Positions 26,401-37,584 of a stretch of 64,000 nucleotides of DNA are shown here, piece after piece. Source of the DNA: Magallana gigas. Its lineage: Eukaryota. The DNA lies in contig NC_088859.1 of assembly GCF_963853765.1 (NCBI RefSeq), forward strand, positions 38,812,001 to 38,876,000, read 5' to 3'. How positions within the stretch are numbered: the first letter of the stretch is position 1; each line of letters starts with the position of its first letter. The translations under genes were made by a program, and so were the position numbers. The notes under the pieces are model-generated. The model saw nothing but the letters and a program-made list of their open reading frames with translations, was not told the DNA's origin and did no database searches.

Positions 26401-26795
26401 TCACTATTTATGGGGAGCAAAGTGGACCAAAAACACTTGGCTAGCAAAGATGGTGTAACTTCGGCTTAAACAAAGTTTTAATTTATAATGCCTTGCTAGA
26501 TGCACTCACTGTAATATGTCAACCAGATTAAAATGTAATACTGTAGTGACAACTGCAGGGGTATAGTAAACATGAAAAAAAGATAAAGAGATTGTGACGA
26601 GCTCCGGCGTCCAAATTAAATTAAAAAAAATATCGCTCATTTTTAACATCCTAGGCTGTTACTTATATCCTCTTACTTTTATTACGTATGCATACTTATG
26701 ATTCCGTGTGATATAGATCCATATCCATTTATAAGACAAATGCACTGAGAAAGTAACACCCATTTAACCAGTGTGCTTGATATGGAGGCTGACAT
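1..26795 (-). CDS. GPLD1: GPI-specific phospholipase D-like gene, at least 16 coding exons, 3' part beyond the left edge. Exons: 26795-26696, 25765-25722, 24443-24365, 24193-24096, 23931-23818, 23359-23311, 22696-22636, 22490-22383, 22294-22267, 21949-21810, 13415-13214, 12700-12597, 2159-2047, 1771-1689, 1432-1313, 44-<1
   Basis: Exons join with consistent phases into one ORF. It has a signal peptide (MSASISSTLVKWVLLSQCICLING), a Zn-PLC-like domain (SHGIISYRA, GSVYPDVFY, FLNASINY, EKLVSFLYGVMSHQIAD, WFVPVSDLVNIY, YFPGGVDD, MLEKGTSNC) and FG-GAP repeats (AKLGWALASGDVDSDGFQDLIVGAPGY, RFGSSLAVVDINLDGVLDVAVGAP, GVVYIFYG). The order is collinear with mammalian GPLD1 as recalled. Confidence 0.9.
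3236..11816 (+). CDS. nanos: Nanos CCHC zinc-finger protein (~216 aa); probable micro exon 3236-3251 plus main exon 11182-11816
   Basis: Exact Nanos spacing C-x2-C-x12-H-x10-C-x7-C-x2-C-x7-H-x4-C (CVLC...HVLK...[26 protein letters not shown]). The ORF-track TTG start at 11172 is an acceptor tract (TTTTTAG|). ATGAGTTCCCCAAAAG|GTAATT at 3236 joins it in phase. Exon 1 is less certain than the gene call. Confidence 0.9.
5360..5860. mobile_element. Non-autonomous DNA transposon (MITE), ~500 bp
   Basis: Imperfect ~28-bp terminal inverted repeats (GGCCTAAAAAAAAATAATGGTTTGTTTC / GAAACAAACCATTTTTTTCTTGCGCC), TA on both flanks, no ORF. Confidence 0.65.
7401..8038. mobile_element. MITE, 638 bp, inserted into a degenerate tandem repeat
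   Basis: Perfect TIR GCCCTTTTCACAAAAA / TTTTTGTGAAAAGGGC, TA duplicated at 7399-7400 and 8039-8040, and many internal CTTACGA / TCGTAAG motifs. Confidence 0.8.
8433..9528. mobile_element. Degenerate hAT-like non-autonomous element
   Basis: Imperfect TIRs (AGGGCTGACAAAT / ATTTGTCACTCAGCCCCTG) and clustered subterminal GGGCAAGT motifs at both ends. No TSD recognisable. Confidence 0.5.
9560..10790. mobile_element. Two oppositely oriented Helentron-type (HINE-like) repeat fragments
   Basis: 9590-9850 and 10560-10740 are related in reverse complement (e.g. GGGGCATAACTCTGTCGAAAATTGCTTGAT vs ATCAAGCAATTTTTGACAGAGTTACATCCC). A 3' stem-loop end lies near 9945-9975. Confidence 0.5.
12362..12418 (+). 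repeat. Perfect 3 x 19-bp tandem repeat in the nanos 3' UTR
   Basis: TATGAATACTAGTTATATG at 12362, 12381 and 12400. Confidence 0.95.
13563..14184 (+). mobile_element. Helentron-associated non-autonomous element (HINE-like) with ~2.7 internal 165-167-bp repeats
   Basis: 5' AACAAG start, subterminal ATACCCCCGCTC matching the 3' GAGCGGGGGTAT stem, a (GACA)n tract, and the monomer marker CCGATTGGTACAAAAATATA at 13661, 13826 and 13993. Confidence 0.75.
14925..14999 (-). repeat. Split direct repeat B2 (3' terminus of the element)
   Basis: TAAATATATCCTAATTCTAATCCCTCTCGTCGTGGTCAGAGTAATGGTTAAGTATTGGGCTGAAATTGTTACCCC, identical to 15260-15334. Confidence 0.95.
15197..15334 (-). repeat. Internal B1/A2 junction (circle-junction equivalent)
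   Basis: A copy 15197-15262 and B copy 15260-15334 overlap by the trinucleotide TAA. Confidence 0.93.
15721..16956 (-). CDS. ALOG-domain tyrosine recombinase of the retrotransposon (411 codons, no ATG at its start)
   Basis: Catalytic set present: R (GDRAND), K (GKT), H-x-x-R (TPHSLRSG), H (NHIGW), Y (FERYSR). The N-terminal FLIFKDKKGKTKVHDIHC...CSCPKRLAFGTVQSLIGQL...NP...VKKYL matches the ALOG pattern. Confidence 0.92.
   Translation of the reverse strand: MEVTQDERSSLTRNLKSFDYFSENRLQYLYSLVDNSSYAKKLSSLGKEFNKFVREQFYVDILQTIPYLVQMFLIFKDKKGKTKVHDIHCGYLGKMSDVSECSCPKRLAFGTVQSLIGQLKTVFEDLGLGKDWDRNLNGGNPACAPMVKKYLKAIKKEQSIAHIVPKQAKPLFFSKLKAICCYIDENLQSGSLGVDKRFIYLRDQAFFKIQFFAGDRANDLGQCIAQEVKCLPDNKGLLFSHMVGKTLSNGQVNQFTIFRIHDKSVCPVHGLETYAVGVKSLGIDISSGYLFRPLSRSGKEILDAPLSSSVVYTRLKHYLAVLGVDQGETPHSLRSGCTISLALSGLDPSSGVIMNHIGWATKSTFERYSRISKIADRGVIGTALAGVASREGDAERKFLKFGDDSNLKPFL
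16957..19155 (-). pseudogene. pol: reverse transcriptase - RNase H - DNA N6-adenine methyltransferase-like domain, interrupted by one in-frame TGA at 17659-17661
   Basis: RT motifs SVDDKSGYDHV, PFG and LQYIDD. RNase H motifs ATDSS, HLKEGDA*L, VDNK and NAADGPSR. MT motifs VDLMA and YVFPPF. ORF-track pieces 17659-19155 and 16957-17658 are adjacent in the same frame. Confidence 0.9.
19333..20386 (-). CDS. gag-like protein (~323 aa) from two exons, 20386-20047 and 19964-19333, with a C-terminal CCHC zinc knuckle
   Basis: CYFCKEKGHFVAAC fits C-x2-C-x4-H-x4-C. An 82-nt intron G|GTAAGT...TTTATGTAG|GT joins the 115-aa and 214-aa ORFs in phase 1. Confidence 0.75.
20470..21200. repeat. Three degenerate ~232-241-bp tandem repeats in the retrotransposon leader
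   Basis: GGCTAAAACCGCGCATGAAAAACGTGCTACATAA at 20592 and 20833, with a degenerate copy at 21065. Confidence 0.8.
21383..21448 (-). repeat. Split direct repeat A1 (5' terminus of the element)
   Basis: ATCGATGCGTCTCACAGGAATGATTATTCACTGACCACTTCTCGTGGGATTTGACTTACGATATAA, two mismatches to 15197-15262. Confidence 0.95.
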
Positions 26796-26822
26796 TTTGA
26801 ATTGTCACATGACACACCACAT

Positions 26823-26825
<3 letters not shown>

Positions 26826-26879
<54 letters not shown>
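26826..26879. repeat. (GA)n microsatellite just upstream of the GPLD1-like ATG; other (GA)n/(CT)n tracts at ~27897-27951, 31423-31489, 43096-43148 and 43212-43251
   Basis: Direct reading. Confidence 0.95.
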
Positions 26880-26882
<3 letters not shown>

Positions 26883-27893
26883 TGAATATTACCCTTATGG
26901 AGGGGTTAGTTATCCATTAATTCTTAAATGTCATCTTGTGTATTTGTATGTGTATTAGGTACCATGCACATGTATCTATATTATAATTCTGTGGAACCTT
27001 TCAATTATCAATTAATTGTCAATTGTGCACACAACATTCCAAATATGATTTATTGCACATCATATACGGTACGGCGATTCTCGTTTTTAATCGTAGCATT
27101 TAAGGGGGGAGGGGGTTGCTCACCCTCATCTCCCCCTTTTTTCGCAGCAAACAAGTTTTTCTACAAATAGAAAAATTAATTTTGGAGCACCCCCCCCCTT
27201 TTTCGGAGAAGCAAGGTGAAATTTTTCATGGAAATTAAACCTTATTAATTAGAATAGTATGTTTTTAAAAGTACTACCCCCACCGCCCTTCCACGTACAT
27301 GTATTAGGATTTTTAAGATTGGCGAATTACATTTTTATCCTATATTTTGTATTTTTGCTTGTTAAGATTTCAGGTAAGTTAATTGGTCCCCTCCTTTCGA
27401 AACCGATGCTACTGGATAAACTCGTTTTACTTCACTCGGCTGTTAGACTATTTTGTTTATACAAAGCCAATGATGTTTCTCGACCCTCCAAAATAAAAGT
27501 GGTACCTTGACTTTATGGATGCTTGTTATCTATTTTTTTTTTTAAATAAGAGTCCATTAGCGCATTATCCCACAAGCCTATACTATTATTATAAAAACGT
27601 GTCAAAAATACAAACATCAAATGAATTTTAACTAGCTCCTTAAGAAAGGACACGACCCGGTAGTAATGTAATTTAATGAGATTTATCTCTCAAAATTTAT
27701 CGAAAAGAAAAACAAATGTTTACAACAAAATGATCTGGCAGATTGTATCAAAAATATTGATACAAGATTTTTAAAAGAAAAATGTATAAATTCATTGTCT
27801 CAATGGGGAAAACTAATAGGATTAAAATTGTGGAACAGGTGGTCAAGTGGCCCAAACAGACAAAACATTGATACTGAATATCCTAAAATAACT

Positions 27894-27954
<61 letters not shown>

Positions 27955-29303
27955 GGACAGACGGACGGAGAGAAAAACAGAGACAGAGATAGGGGTTTGT
28001 TCTGCTTATCTATAGACGTCTGTATTGCTTTCAAAAAACACGTGGCATTGCGTAATAATTATACTGTCCTTTCTAGATTCTGTCATGAAAGTTTAATGGT
28101 TTTTAATTTACTATGTCAATACAGGTATATAGAGATAAGATTTGTTTGATTTCTGAGTAAATATCAGTCCCCGTTTTCGTGCTTCATATGAAAAAAAGTT
28201 AAACGATTTGGCACACACATGTACATAATATGTTCTTCAAAAATGGGTTTAAAACGTGAAATTACATCACATGCACCCATCCACCATTTGTAATCATGTG
28301 TCCAGTACGGGATAGAATGCGTGTATCCAACTTACTATATGACGGGGAGGGGGATAAAGGGCAGGTTTTTATTTTACTCAGAAAGTTTGAATGCAGTTTG
28401 AATGACAAAATATACAGATAGATCTTTAGAGGAATGAGGTCGGACCCCCGCCCCCTGTGGGGGTAGTAGCCAGACCCGACTCAGCCGGGCGGTTGGGCTT
28501 CCTTGACAAGAATTATAAATGTTACCTAAGTAATAAAAAGATATTCATTATTTCATCAAATTTTATATCATTATTAAAAGTTCCTCTGGTATAAGGAATG
28601 AAGAGGTTTAAACGCATATTTCGGGTGACACGAGATTTAGAAAATCATAAATCTTCTTACGATTTGATCTACATCTTTATCAAAGCTCAGCACAATATGA
28701 TACATTCTTGCATTATGAATGAGCTACAACCCAAAGAACTCCGAATTCCTGATTCTAATATAAATATTGACCATAGGCTTTGTTCACAGGTGTCCGTTCA
28801 TTGAGGGATCAATGAAGCGAACCTTCTATCTATATATTACATACAGAGGGCAATAAAAAGGCCCGGGGACTTCCAAGCGCGACCACTTTATTATCGCTTC
28901 GCCGATACACACATAACAAGGTGCAAATTCAGAATATCACTGTAACTCAGGTGTAAGGAGTCAATAAGGTAGATGGATACAGGTAGACACTTCTTGGTCA
29001 TTTTCCTCCCCCGGCGACACCTGCGATAAAAGCTTGAGCTTTTTTTTTACTTCTTGAACAAGATACAACTGCATTAAAACCTATAAGGAGTCTACTAGCT
29101 GCATGTGGTATTGATTCCGGGAGAAAAACAACTCCATGTACAGGCATTTTACGTAATCGTTCAGGATGGCTTTTTAACATGACTCAACGTCTCAATCACA
29201 CGGAGACCTAACAAGTGAACTGCAGGTTTGTTGTAACATTTCACTGGTCCGGGGGTTTTGACAGTGCGACGTACATGTAGTGGTTGCTGGGATTGTCCCG
29301 GTG

Positions 29304-31420
29304 ATGCGGTCCACGCAACACGAGACCGCCTTAGTGGACGCGGACGCCATTCTTAGGATCACCAGAGCCCCCAAAACCCCACCCACGTACGTGCCCCGCA
29401 GTAGGTCCCTGAACGACCTGCCGGGAGGGATACGTGTCCCGATCCTCCAGAGGCCGCAGTCCCGGGTGGCCGCCCGATTGGAGGCGCTGCAAGATGGACT
29501 CCAGGAGCTGACCATTCTGAGGGAGAAGCAGAGGGAACTCGTTCATCACGTCACAGAGAGGCACTCCTCGGACACAGGGCGAGATTCGACCGGACAACTT
29601 CAGGTGCTCATTTCTTTCCTCTTTTTAGTAAGATGATGAGGGGTGGGGGTAAATTAATATGTAAAAGTTGGTTTCTTTTCTTTCTTTTTTGTGTAACATG
29701 ATGGGTTAATGTGTATGTAGAATGTGATTGTTACTTGTTTTAGATGGGTTTTTTTTTCGCTCTATTCATCCATACCATGTGTAGCTCGCACCTGTCAATT
29801 CATTTTGATTCAGACGTGATGATTTGGTCTTACTAGTTTTATAAATTTTATCTCCGATAAACATACGATATATAGATATAAATAATTGAAAACTTATATA
29901 TAAATAATCATTGTTTTCACAAAAGGTTGGTGGCTGGGCTTCATTTATAATTTGTAAAATTGGCATTTTACTTTATTTCTTACATTCAAGCTTAGAATAA
30001 CATGATAATAGGAGGTTGAATCACATATCAGTATGATAAAAAAGCACACAAAACACACATCCAAAACAACACTAAAATCGTTCACTGTGAGCGATTGTTA
30101 GAGACATAATTCCTGCGTTTATCTTCTTACTTTTGAAATTTAATGACATACAAATTACATGTATTAACAATTTTTACCCGACCAAATTTACAACGTGTGT
30201 TCCCCGCTGAACTTACCGCATGAAGAAATATAAATCATTATTTGGTTAAAAAAAAAAATACAAAACTTGCTTTTAAAAATGATTTGAATTATTTCTGGGA
30301 AAGCACGTATGAATATACCAGAAATTTATTTTACTTATGGTCTTGGGTAAAAAAAATGGTATCTTCTTATGGCCATCTTGAATTTTATGTATATATACAT
30401 GTTTGTTTTGTGAGAAGGAGATGGCGCTTCTTCATATTTTTGAAGCTCGAACACAGGTGTTTATTCGTGTGGTCTTTTAACCTTTTTTGCCGGTAGCGAA
30501 AAAATATTAACACTTTTATCAAAACATTCAATTGCTTTCAATAGTCATTCACTCGCTTTTTAATCTGCTGATTTTACGAATCAAATTTAAGACATATTTT
30601 CGACACCTCAGTTGCAATTTAAAATAGTTAGGGCGAGTTTTGATAATCGGCTTTAAATACCGTTTACGATTTTCAGCAACAAAAAGTGGACTTTCCGTCG
30701 AAAGAGAAATAGGCCGATATCGAAACGGTTATTTTATTTACCATGCTAAATGTCTCTCGAGAATGTTTGAGAACTTTTAGAGTAAATGCATAAAATTATA
30801 ATGGAAGAATTTTCTCTTTATTGGAAATATACATTGTGCAAATAAATGGACATTAACATTCACAGTAAATCATATTCATGGCATGGGCTTAACTATAAGA
30901 GAAAAAACCCAAGTGGGTTATAGGGTAATGGGCGTGAAGTTATCCCCGAGATTACCATTTACAAACAATTATTACTAAGAAACTTTCACCATTCTTTTGT
31001 GTCGCCTTTGATATAAGTAAAGAAAAGTGATCGAAGGCAATCCTGTGCCAAGATGAATTTTAGCACTGAAATGAATACTAGGTATGTTTGAAGGTTTGAA
31101 AGTTCTGAGGTGATCGAATTTGCAAAGTGTCTTTCAAATCGTTGATAACAAACTTATTGTACAAGAGTTTCGAAACATTCCGTGTTTTTTTAAAACAGAG
31201 ATTAAGACGTACATTCTAATCGACACACTGCCATAAATCGTAGACCAAAGATTTCAAACATTTGCACAGTTTTCATTTTTGATAGTCGTCAGGCAGATTA
31301 AATCTTCAAAGCACCCCCCCCCCCCACCGAATTCACTCAAAGATTCTAATAACGAATCATGATATACTAATATAATTTCCACCATGTCATTTATCTGTCT
31401 TTATTACATTTTACAGGGCT

Positions 31421-31494
<74 letters not shown>

Positions 31495-34400
31495 ATAATC
31501 GGATATTGGAGAGGAGATCAGATACTAGTAAACTAGTATTCGTTTCGGTTGAAAGCTGAACAACCCATATATGACCTCCAAAAATCTACCCCATAGCGTC
31601 TCAGTGTCAATCCCCGATCAACAATAAATTACCGGAGATCCCCCGTTGCCCGGATTGAGGATTCCCCTCCATACTTGCGATTGTTCTGGGATTTAGCTGA
31701 TATGTATTGGTCGTTTGGTGTTGTCTGTAATCGTCTTACAGACACCAATGGAGATTGTATCACTTTTGATTTTGTGATCCCTATTTATAAAAAAAAGATC
31801 GGTCTAAATTTTACCATGTAATCCATCAATATTCGGGTCAAATTCCTTGTTATTTAGCATTAAAATGATCTAGATATTCCAAAAATGTTAAAACCCGTAA
31901 TTTTCCTGATTGCCGTCTATATTCCGTAGACAGTCAGCAGTGACGATAAATATGTGTTATGTTCTTGTCGTTTGTATTCATTTCTTACTTTGCAAAATTA
32001 TAATCAAAATGACTTCAGATACCGGTATTTTCAATATTTCAGTTATTTTATAGAGTGTTTGCAAGTTATTCATAAAAATGTCATATTGAAAATTTTGTAT
32101 GTACACTCACCAAGTAAATTAAAAACCTTTTAAGGCTAAATGCACGCAGTTTCTGCTTTTTGGAACTGTCATTTAAATTCATCTTAGTTTTACATAAATT
32201 ATATCTCCAACAAAATTTCATAAATTTACCAGAAGTATTTGGGAACTGAAATTTAAATTCATTTGCTATTCTGGATCAGTGTCAAAGTGCAATGTAAATA
32301 ACTCAGTAAAAGTATTTTAGGGGTGCATCGCCATAAATATATTGCTTTTTGTTTGTATTGTAGAGGAGGTGTATTACACTTCAACATTATGTATTAAAAG
32401 TATCTAATAAAGTGCATTTTTTGGTCGCCCAAACATACAGGCATATATTAAGGTACTGGCATTTTAGGATTTATTTTTTTACAATATCAAAATTATTTCT
32501 ATAGATTGTTTTATATCAAATAATCAAGAAACGAGTAAAAGTACCATCAAATCGAAAACGTCTTTATTGAAGAGAAGTATTTTTTTCTCTTGCCGAATCG
32601 GACTGGTGGTCATAGCAGTCGGCATCAGAATTAAAAAAAAGATGTATACTTAAATTCAAATTAAAAGGACATACTATTTAAGTTCTCTTGACAATACTTA
32701 TCCGTTGTTGACCCGATTTAAAGACGACCCGAAGTAGAGTTTAGCTTTTTAAAGTATTTATCTTATGTCAAGATTATCAAACTACATGTATTTACGAGAT
32801 GAATACACAGATACATGACTAATAGCTGGCTACCCGAATTTTGGGCATATCTCAGTTACTTTAGCTTTTTCTATACTTTATCCGGCGCAAATAAAAATTA
32901 TTGTTACCCCCCCCCCTCCATTGCGACGGGCTCATAAGTGGACAATAAACTAAGAAAACGTTATTAAACAAGAGGCCAATTGGCCTTAACGGTCACCTGA
33001 GTAGCATACATCCCATACACAAACTTGTCACGGAGCCTCATATATGCATCTAACTAATTAGGTTTCATACTGGAGTAGAAAAATTATAAATTTGTAATGA
33101 CAACCACATTTCAAAAAGAACTGTGAAACCTATAATTTTGGTGAAAAACTAAGATCTGGTCTACAAAATCATGAATTCAGTTTTCCTTTCAAGTGTGTGG
33201 GAGTAAAGAAGATAATTTTTTAACGTTATATGCATTAACATCTATACATCCATTTTGGCCCTGTCCTAGAGTCAAAACCCATCCTTGAGGGGACATGAAA
33301 ATTAAAATTTCATTAGAGGACTTCCTGGTAAACATAATTATTAGCCAGTTTTTTTAATACAGATGTGTGAGAATAGAGAAGAAAATTTTTCAACATTATA
33401 TGCATTAACACTATATTGCCATATTGCGCCCCCCCCACCCCCTTCATGTCCTGAACCCCTGACCAAGGGGCCATGAATTTCACAATTTAGGTAAAGGAGA
33501 TAGTGGATATCATAACCATGTATTCAGTTTTTTGCCCATATGTGTGGGAGTAGATAAGAAGATTTTTAAAATTTAAAACAGTTTTACTATTTGGCCATAT
33601 TGGCCCCACCCTAGAGCATGAACACCTAACAAAGGGGTCATGAATTTCACAATTTTAGAAGAGGCCCTCATGTGCATCATAACCATGTATTCAGTTTTTT
33701 GCTCACATGTGTGGGAGTAGAGAGAGATTTTTAAAATTTAAAACGGTTTTACTATTTGGCCATATTGGCCCCACCCTAGAGCATGAACACCTAACAAAGG
33801 GGGCATGAATTTTACAATTTTGGTAGAGGGCCTCATGGACATCATAACCATGCATTTAATTTTTAACAAATATATATGGGAGTAGAGAAGAAGATTTTTT
33901 AAGATTTAATACATTTTTACTATTTGGCCACACTGGCCCCACCCTAGAGCCTGAACCCCTGACCCAGGGGTCATGAATTTCACAATTTTGATAGAGGGCC
34001 TCATGGACATCATAATCATGCATTTAGTTTTTAACAAATATATATGGGAGTAGAGAAGAAGATTTTCTAAGATTTAATACATTTTTACCATTTGGCCACA
34101 CTGGCCCCACCCTAGAGCCTGAACCCCTGACCCAAGGGTCATGAATTTCACAATTTTGATAGAGGGCCTTATGGACATCATAATCATGCATTTAATTTTT
34201 AACAAATATATATGGGAGTAGAGAAGAAGATTTTCTAAGATTTAATACATTTTTACAATTTGGCCATATTGGCCCCACCCTAGATCCTGAACCCCTGACC
34301 CAGGGGACATAAATTTCACAATTTAGGTAGAGGGCTTCATTGACATCATAACCATGCAACCGGTTTTTTCCTCACGTGCGTGGGAGTAGAGAAGATTTTT

Positions 34401-34603
34401 GAAAATTTGGCTTTTTTTGCATATTTGGCCCCGCCCGTGGCACACCAAGGGTGGTAGAGCCATGAATTTCACAATTTACATTCTTCTTACCATAGAGATG
34501 CTTCACACCAAAACTGGTAACGATTGGCCTGGTAGTTTTTAAGAAGAAGTTAAAAATGTAAAATTGTTAACGCACGACGCACGACGACGGACGAAGACCA
34601 ATT

Positions 34604-34637
<34 letters not shown>

Positions 34638-35745
34638 GAATAATTTGTGTTTTAATAATAACTCGTATGGGAAACTGTCATCGTCGGAACCCACGGGTTT
34701 TCTATCCGTTACACTGCTTTCAATAACAGTTTAACGGATAGAAAACCCGTGGGTTCCGACGATGATGAAACTGTATACAAAAGGTTTAATGTTAATAAAG
34801 GCATCTAGCTAGTCCTATCAGAAGCTTAGCCATATATATAGATATCAAAAGTGAGCTGAAGATTTTTGTATATGGGCAGAGACATAAATAACAATAATGT
34901 TATTTATATCTCTGATATGGGGTAGGATGGGTGGGACGAATGGCTAAATAACTTGTACTCCTGCAATGATCACGTGATACACCAACTGTCGCTTAACTCT
35001 ACATTTCTGTTTCCAGGGCTCACACTTATCCAGGAGGAGGTATTCGATTAGTGCTCTACGCAGTATAAGCGAAGAAAAGACAATCGACCGCGTACAGACC
35101 CCGGACGACGGAATCAACGGCAGTGACCGCGAGACGGTCCCCGGGAATTTCCCTAATGGCGTGTCTGCTACATACTCCAAAAGGAGGCGACCATCTTTTC
35201 AGTGCGATACTATCATCACCAAAGATTTCAATCAAACGATTCCATACTTTCCGCTCCAGAAAGAAAGTCAAGCCTTCCCGAGCCCTATGCATGCGGTCAT
35301 GAGACATTACGAAGTCGTTCTAAAGAGTGCCAATTCTGAGCAAAACTTAAGGAAATCCGCGTCACAAATGGATCTGAAATCCACCTCCATCCAAAAGTCC
35401 TTGGAGAGTTCTGTGGAACAGGAGACTAAATCAGACGGACCCCACGCTAGCTATCTCGGCAAGCGCCGCGCCAGTTTGCCAGTGACTCTAAAGTCAGTGA
35501 AAGTCACGGATCTGGATAACTTTTGGCAAAACTACAAGAAAGGGGTGGACAAGAATGGGAATCAATGTCCCAAAGACGAGACCTCGTCTTCCCTATCCCT
35601 CGACACCACCATAGAATCGACCTTGTCCTCTGTAGAGGAAGAGGCCGAGCAAGAAGTGTACCAAAATACTATAGATATAAAAAATCAAAGTACTGAAGAT
35701 CTTGTAAGTAACCGTAGAGAAGAGCAACAAGAGACTGCTCTCTAA
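29304..35745 (+). CDS. Unidentified two-exon protein (~342 aa): exon 29304-29603 (alternative donor 29627/8) plus exon 35017-35745
   Basis: GC3-rich ORF from ATG 29304. Phase-0 donors at 29604 (GTGCTC) and 29628 (GTAAGA). The acceptor TTTCTGTTTCCAG|GGC at 35016/7 opens a stop-free frame continuous with ORF 35161-35745. No family recognised. Confidence 0.65.
32966..34637 (+). mobile_element. Full HINE-like element carrying ~7 tandem 165-168-bp satellite-like monomers
   Basis: 5' AACAAGAGGCC...GGCC..GGTCACCTGAG and 3' (GCACGAC) repeats followed by the palindrome TAGGTCACCTGAGTGACTCAGGTGACCTA. Monomer marker TTTGGCC at 33590, 33755, 33923, 34091, 34259 and 34424. Confidence 0.85.
34679..34766. 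mobile_element. Miniature fold-back element (~88 bp)
   Basis: Perfect 34-bp inverted repeat (34678-34711 / 34732-34765); GAAACTGT at 34671-34678 and 34767-34774. Confidence 0.7.
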
Positions 35746-36270
35746 TCCATGTCTTTCAGTTGTGGTTGTTTGTTTTTTTCTCAAAAGTATTCACTCAGAA
35801 TTTAAAGAAGTACAGATTTGGTATTTGCATTTGACAATGTACATCTACATGACTTGTATGTATAGCACAAACAGCATGCACGTTTAGTTATTAACTCTGC
35901 ATTCCTTACAAGTGTAGATCAGCAAGGGGGATGCCTAAAATTTGCAGAGCTATCTAATTTACATAGCAAGTTATCAAAACATACATTGGAAACCCCCTTC
36001 TTCAGAGGGAGTGGGGGATGGGGGCGTAAGAGCGAAACCATCCCACAGGAAAAATCATTACATGTGCTTAGACATGCAGTGTCATATGCTTACCCACTCA
36101 TGTTCAAAATTACATGAATAGAAATAAAATTAAACTTATCTCATTGCTTTAGCATAAATTTTGGCTTTATCTTAACTGATTTTTCATGCATCTTCAAATT
36201 ATTCTTGGAAATGTATTTTTAATATTTGTTTACAACATTTAGTGCTTATCTCTTTTAAGTAAACTCAACA

Positions 36271-36373
36271 CACAGGGGCATCGTATCTGCTCTACACTCT
36301 ATGACATATATATAAATAATACACATATTTATATATATGTCATAGAGTGTAAAGTGGATACGATGCCCCTGTG
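36271..36373. mobile_element. Miniature fold-back element (103 bp)
   Basis: 48-bp inverted repeat with 3 mismatches, 7-nt loop, CA...TG ends, and CTCAACA duplicated at 36264-36270 and 36374-36380. Confidence 0.8.
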
Positions 36374-36513
36374 CTCAACACTGAAAATAATAATTCAATG
36401 ATAAACTTTGTATAAGGTATTTGAAAGATTTTGCAATTGAAAATTAATAATGTCTGAACAATTTATTTTTTAACTTAGGTGTTTTGTGTGTGTGTGTGTC
36501 CTTTCTTAATTAA

Positions 36514-37584
36514 TGTAGCTCGCGGGTTTGCTGACGTCACAGTAGGAATCGACGTAAAGAGTTGACCGTCATAGTAAACTCATAGGCTACATTTCTTTTT
36601 TTTTTTAAATGACAAATGAGATATTTAGAAGCATAAAAGACTGAGATATTTCAAAAAGCTTAAATGCAGTTTATTACTGTTTATACAAATATTTATTATT
36701 ATTTGAAAATGTAAAGATGTCACATACATTGTCACATTTTGTTCTATAAAGTATGAGTGTGCGTTGGAATTATTCCATTTAAAATCATGTTTTAAAATAG
36801 ACAAGTAAATCAATTGAACCGTATGCATTAACTTCGCTATTTTTTTTTTTACAATTATAATTTCCATAATTTTAACTACCGATCAAATTTTTAAAATTCT
36901 TTTGGCTTGAGCTAATAATTTTATACGATTACAAACTTTTATGTCAGTAGTTGCCCGGCAATTTTATTTGCATTGATTGACCCAGAGATTCATAAAAGCA
37001 AAAATAGCAATTTTTTGTATCTTTGCAGTCTTACATTAATTGCATTTTGGTATTTGATAACATTCACAATAACGTATAATTAGTATTTATATGTTCTAAA
37101 ATGTGTTAATCAGCTAGTCTTGTCAATAAATGCATTTCACTTTTTGGGTTCTCAGACGTAAAGAGATAATGACGTCGGGCTAACGTCGTAATGAAAATAT
37201 AAGGTTTTGAGAAATCTTTTAAACCTTTAAAGTTGTTTTGCCAAAAATTGGCCGAGAACACATACTGATTATTTTTTATGAATTTATTCAAAATTATCTC
37301 CTCTGTTATTGTGTTGAGTATAATTAATTTCGTCTGAATCGTTTAAAAGTTTGAAGCATAATTTTGAAATGCGTTTCTCGACTAAGATGTGCATTTTACT
37401 ATATATTTCATTGAAATGGCGTTGCTTGATTTTATTAATGACACGGTATTTAAAACACGGTAACATGATTACCGCGTAGACGAATCTCAAAAAAATTTTA
37501 GATATAAAACTCTGAAACCTATGGATCACGTGGACAAATTTTCAAGGAAGGTTTTCTCACAAGCATGTAAACCCGCGAACTACC
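36514..37584. mobile_element. Kolobok-like non-autonomous DNA transposon, 1071 bp
   Basis: TIR (T/G)GTAG(C/T)TCGCGGGTTT with TTAA at 36510-36513 and 37585-37588. Confidence 0.65.

Noticed and set aside
29192-29597. Minus-strand ORFs of 107 and 88 aa
   Set aside because: They are antisense shadows of the GC-rich plus-strand exon, which has the ATG, donors and an in-phase partner exon.
33250-34500. Regularly spaced repeats resembling a CRISPR array
   Set aside because: Whole monomers repeat with no unique spacers, the context is eukaryotic, and there are no cas genes.
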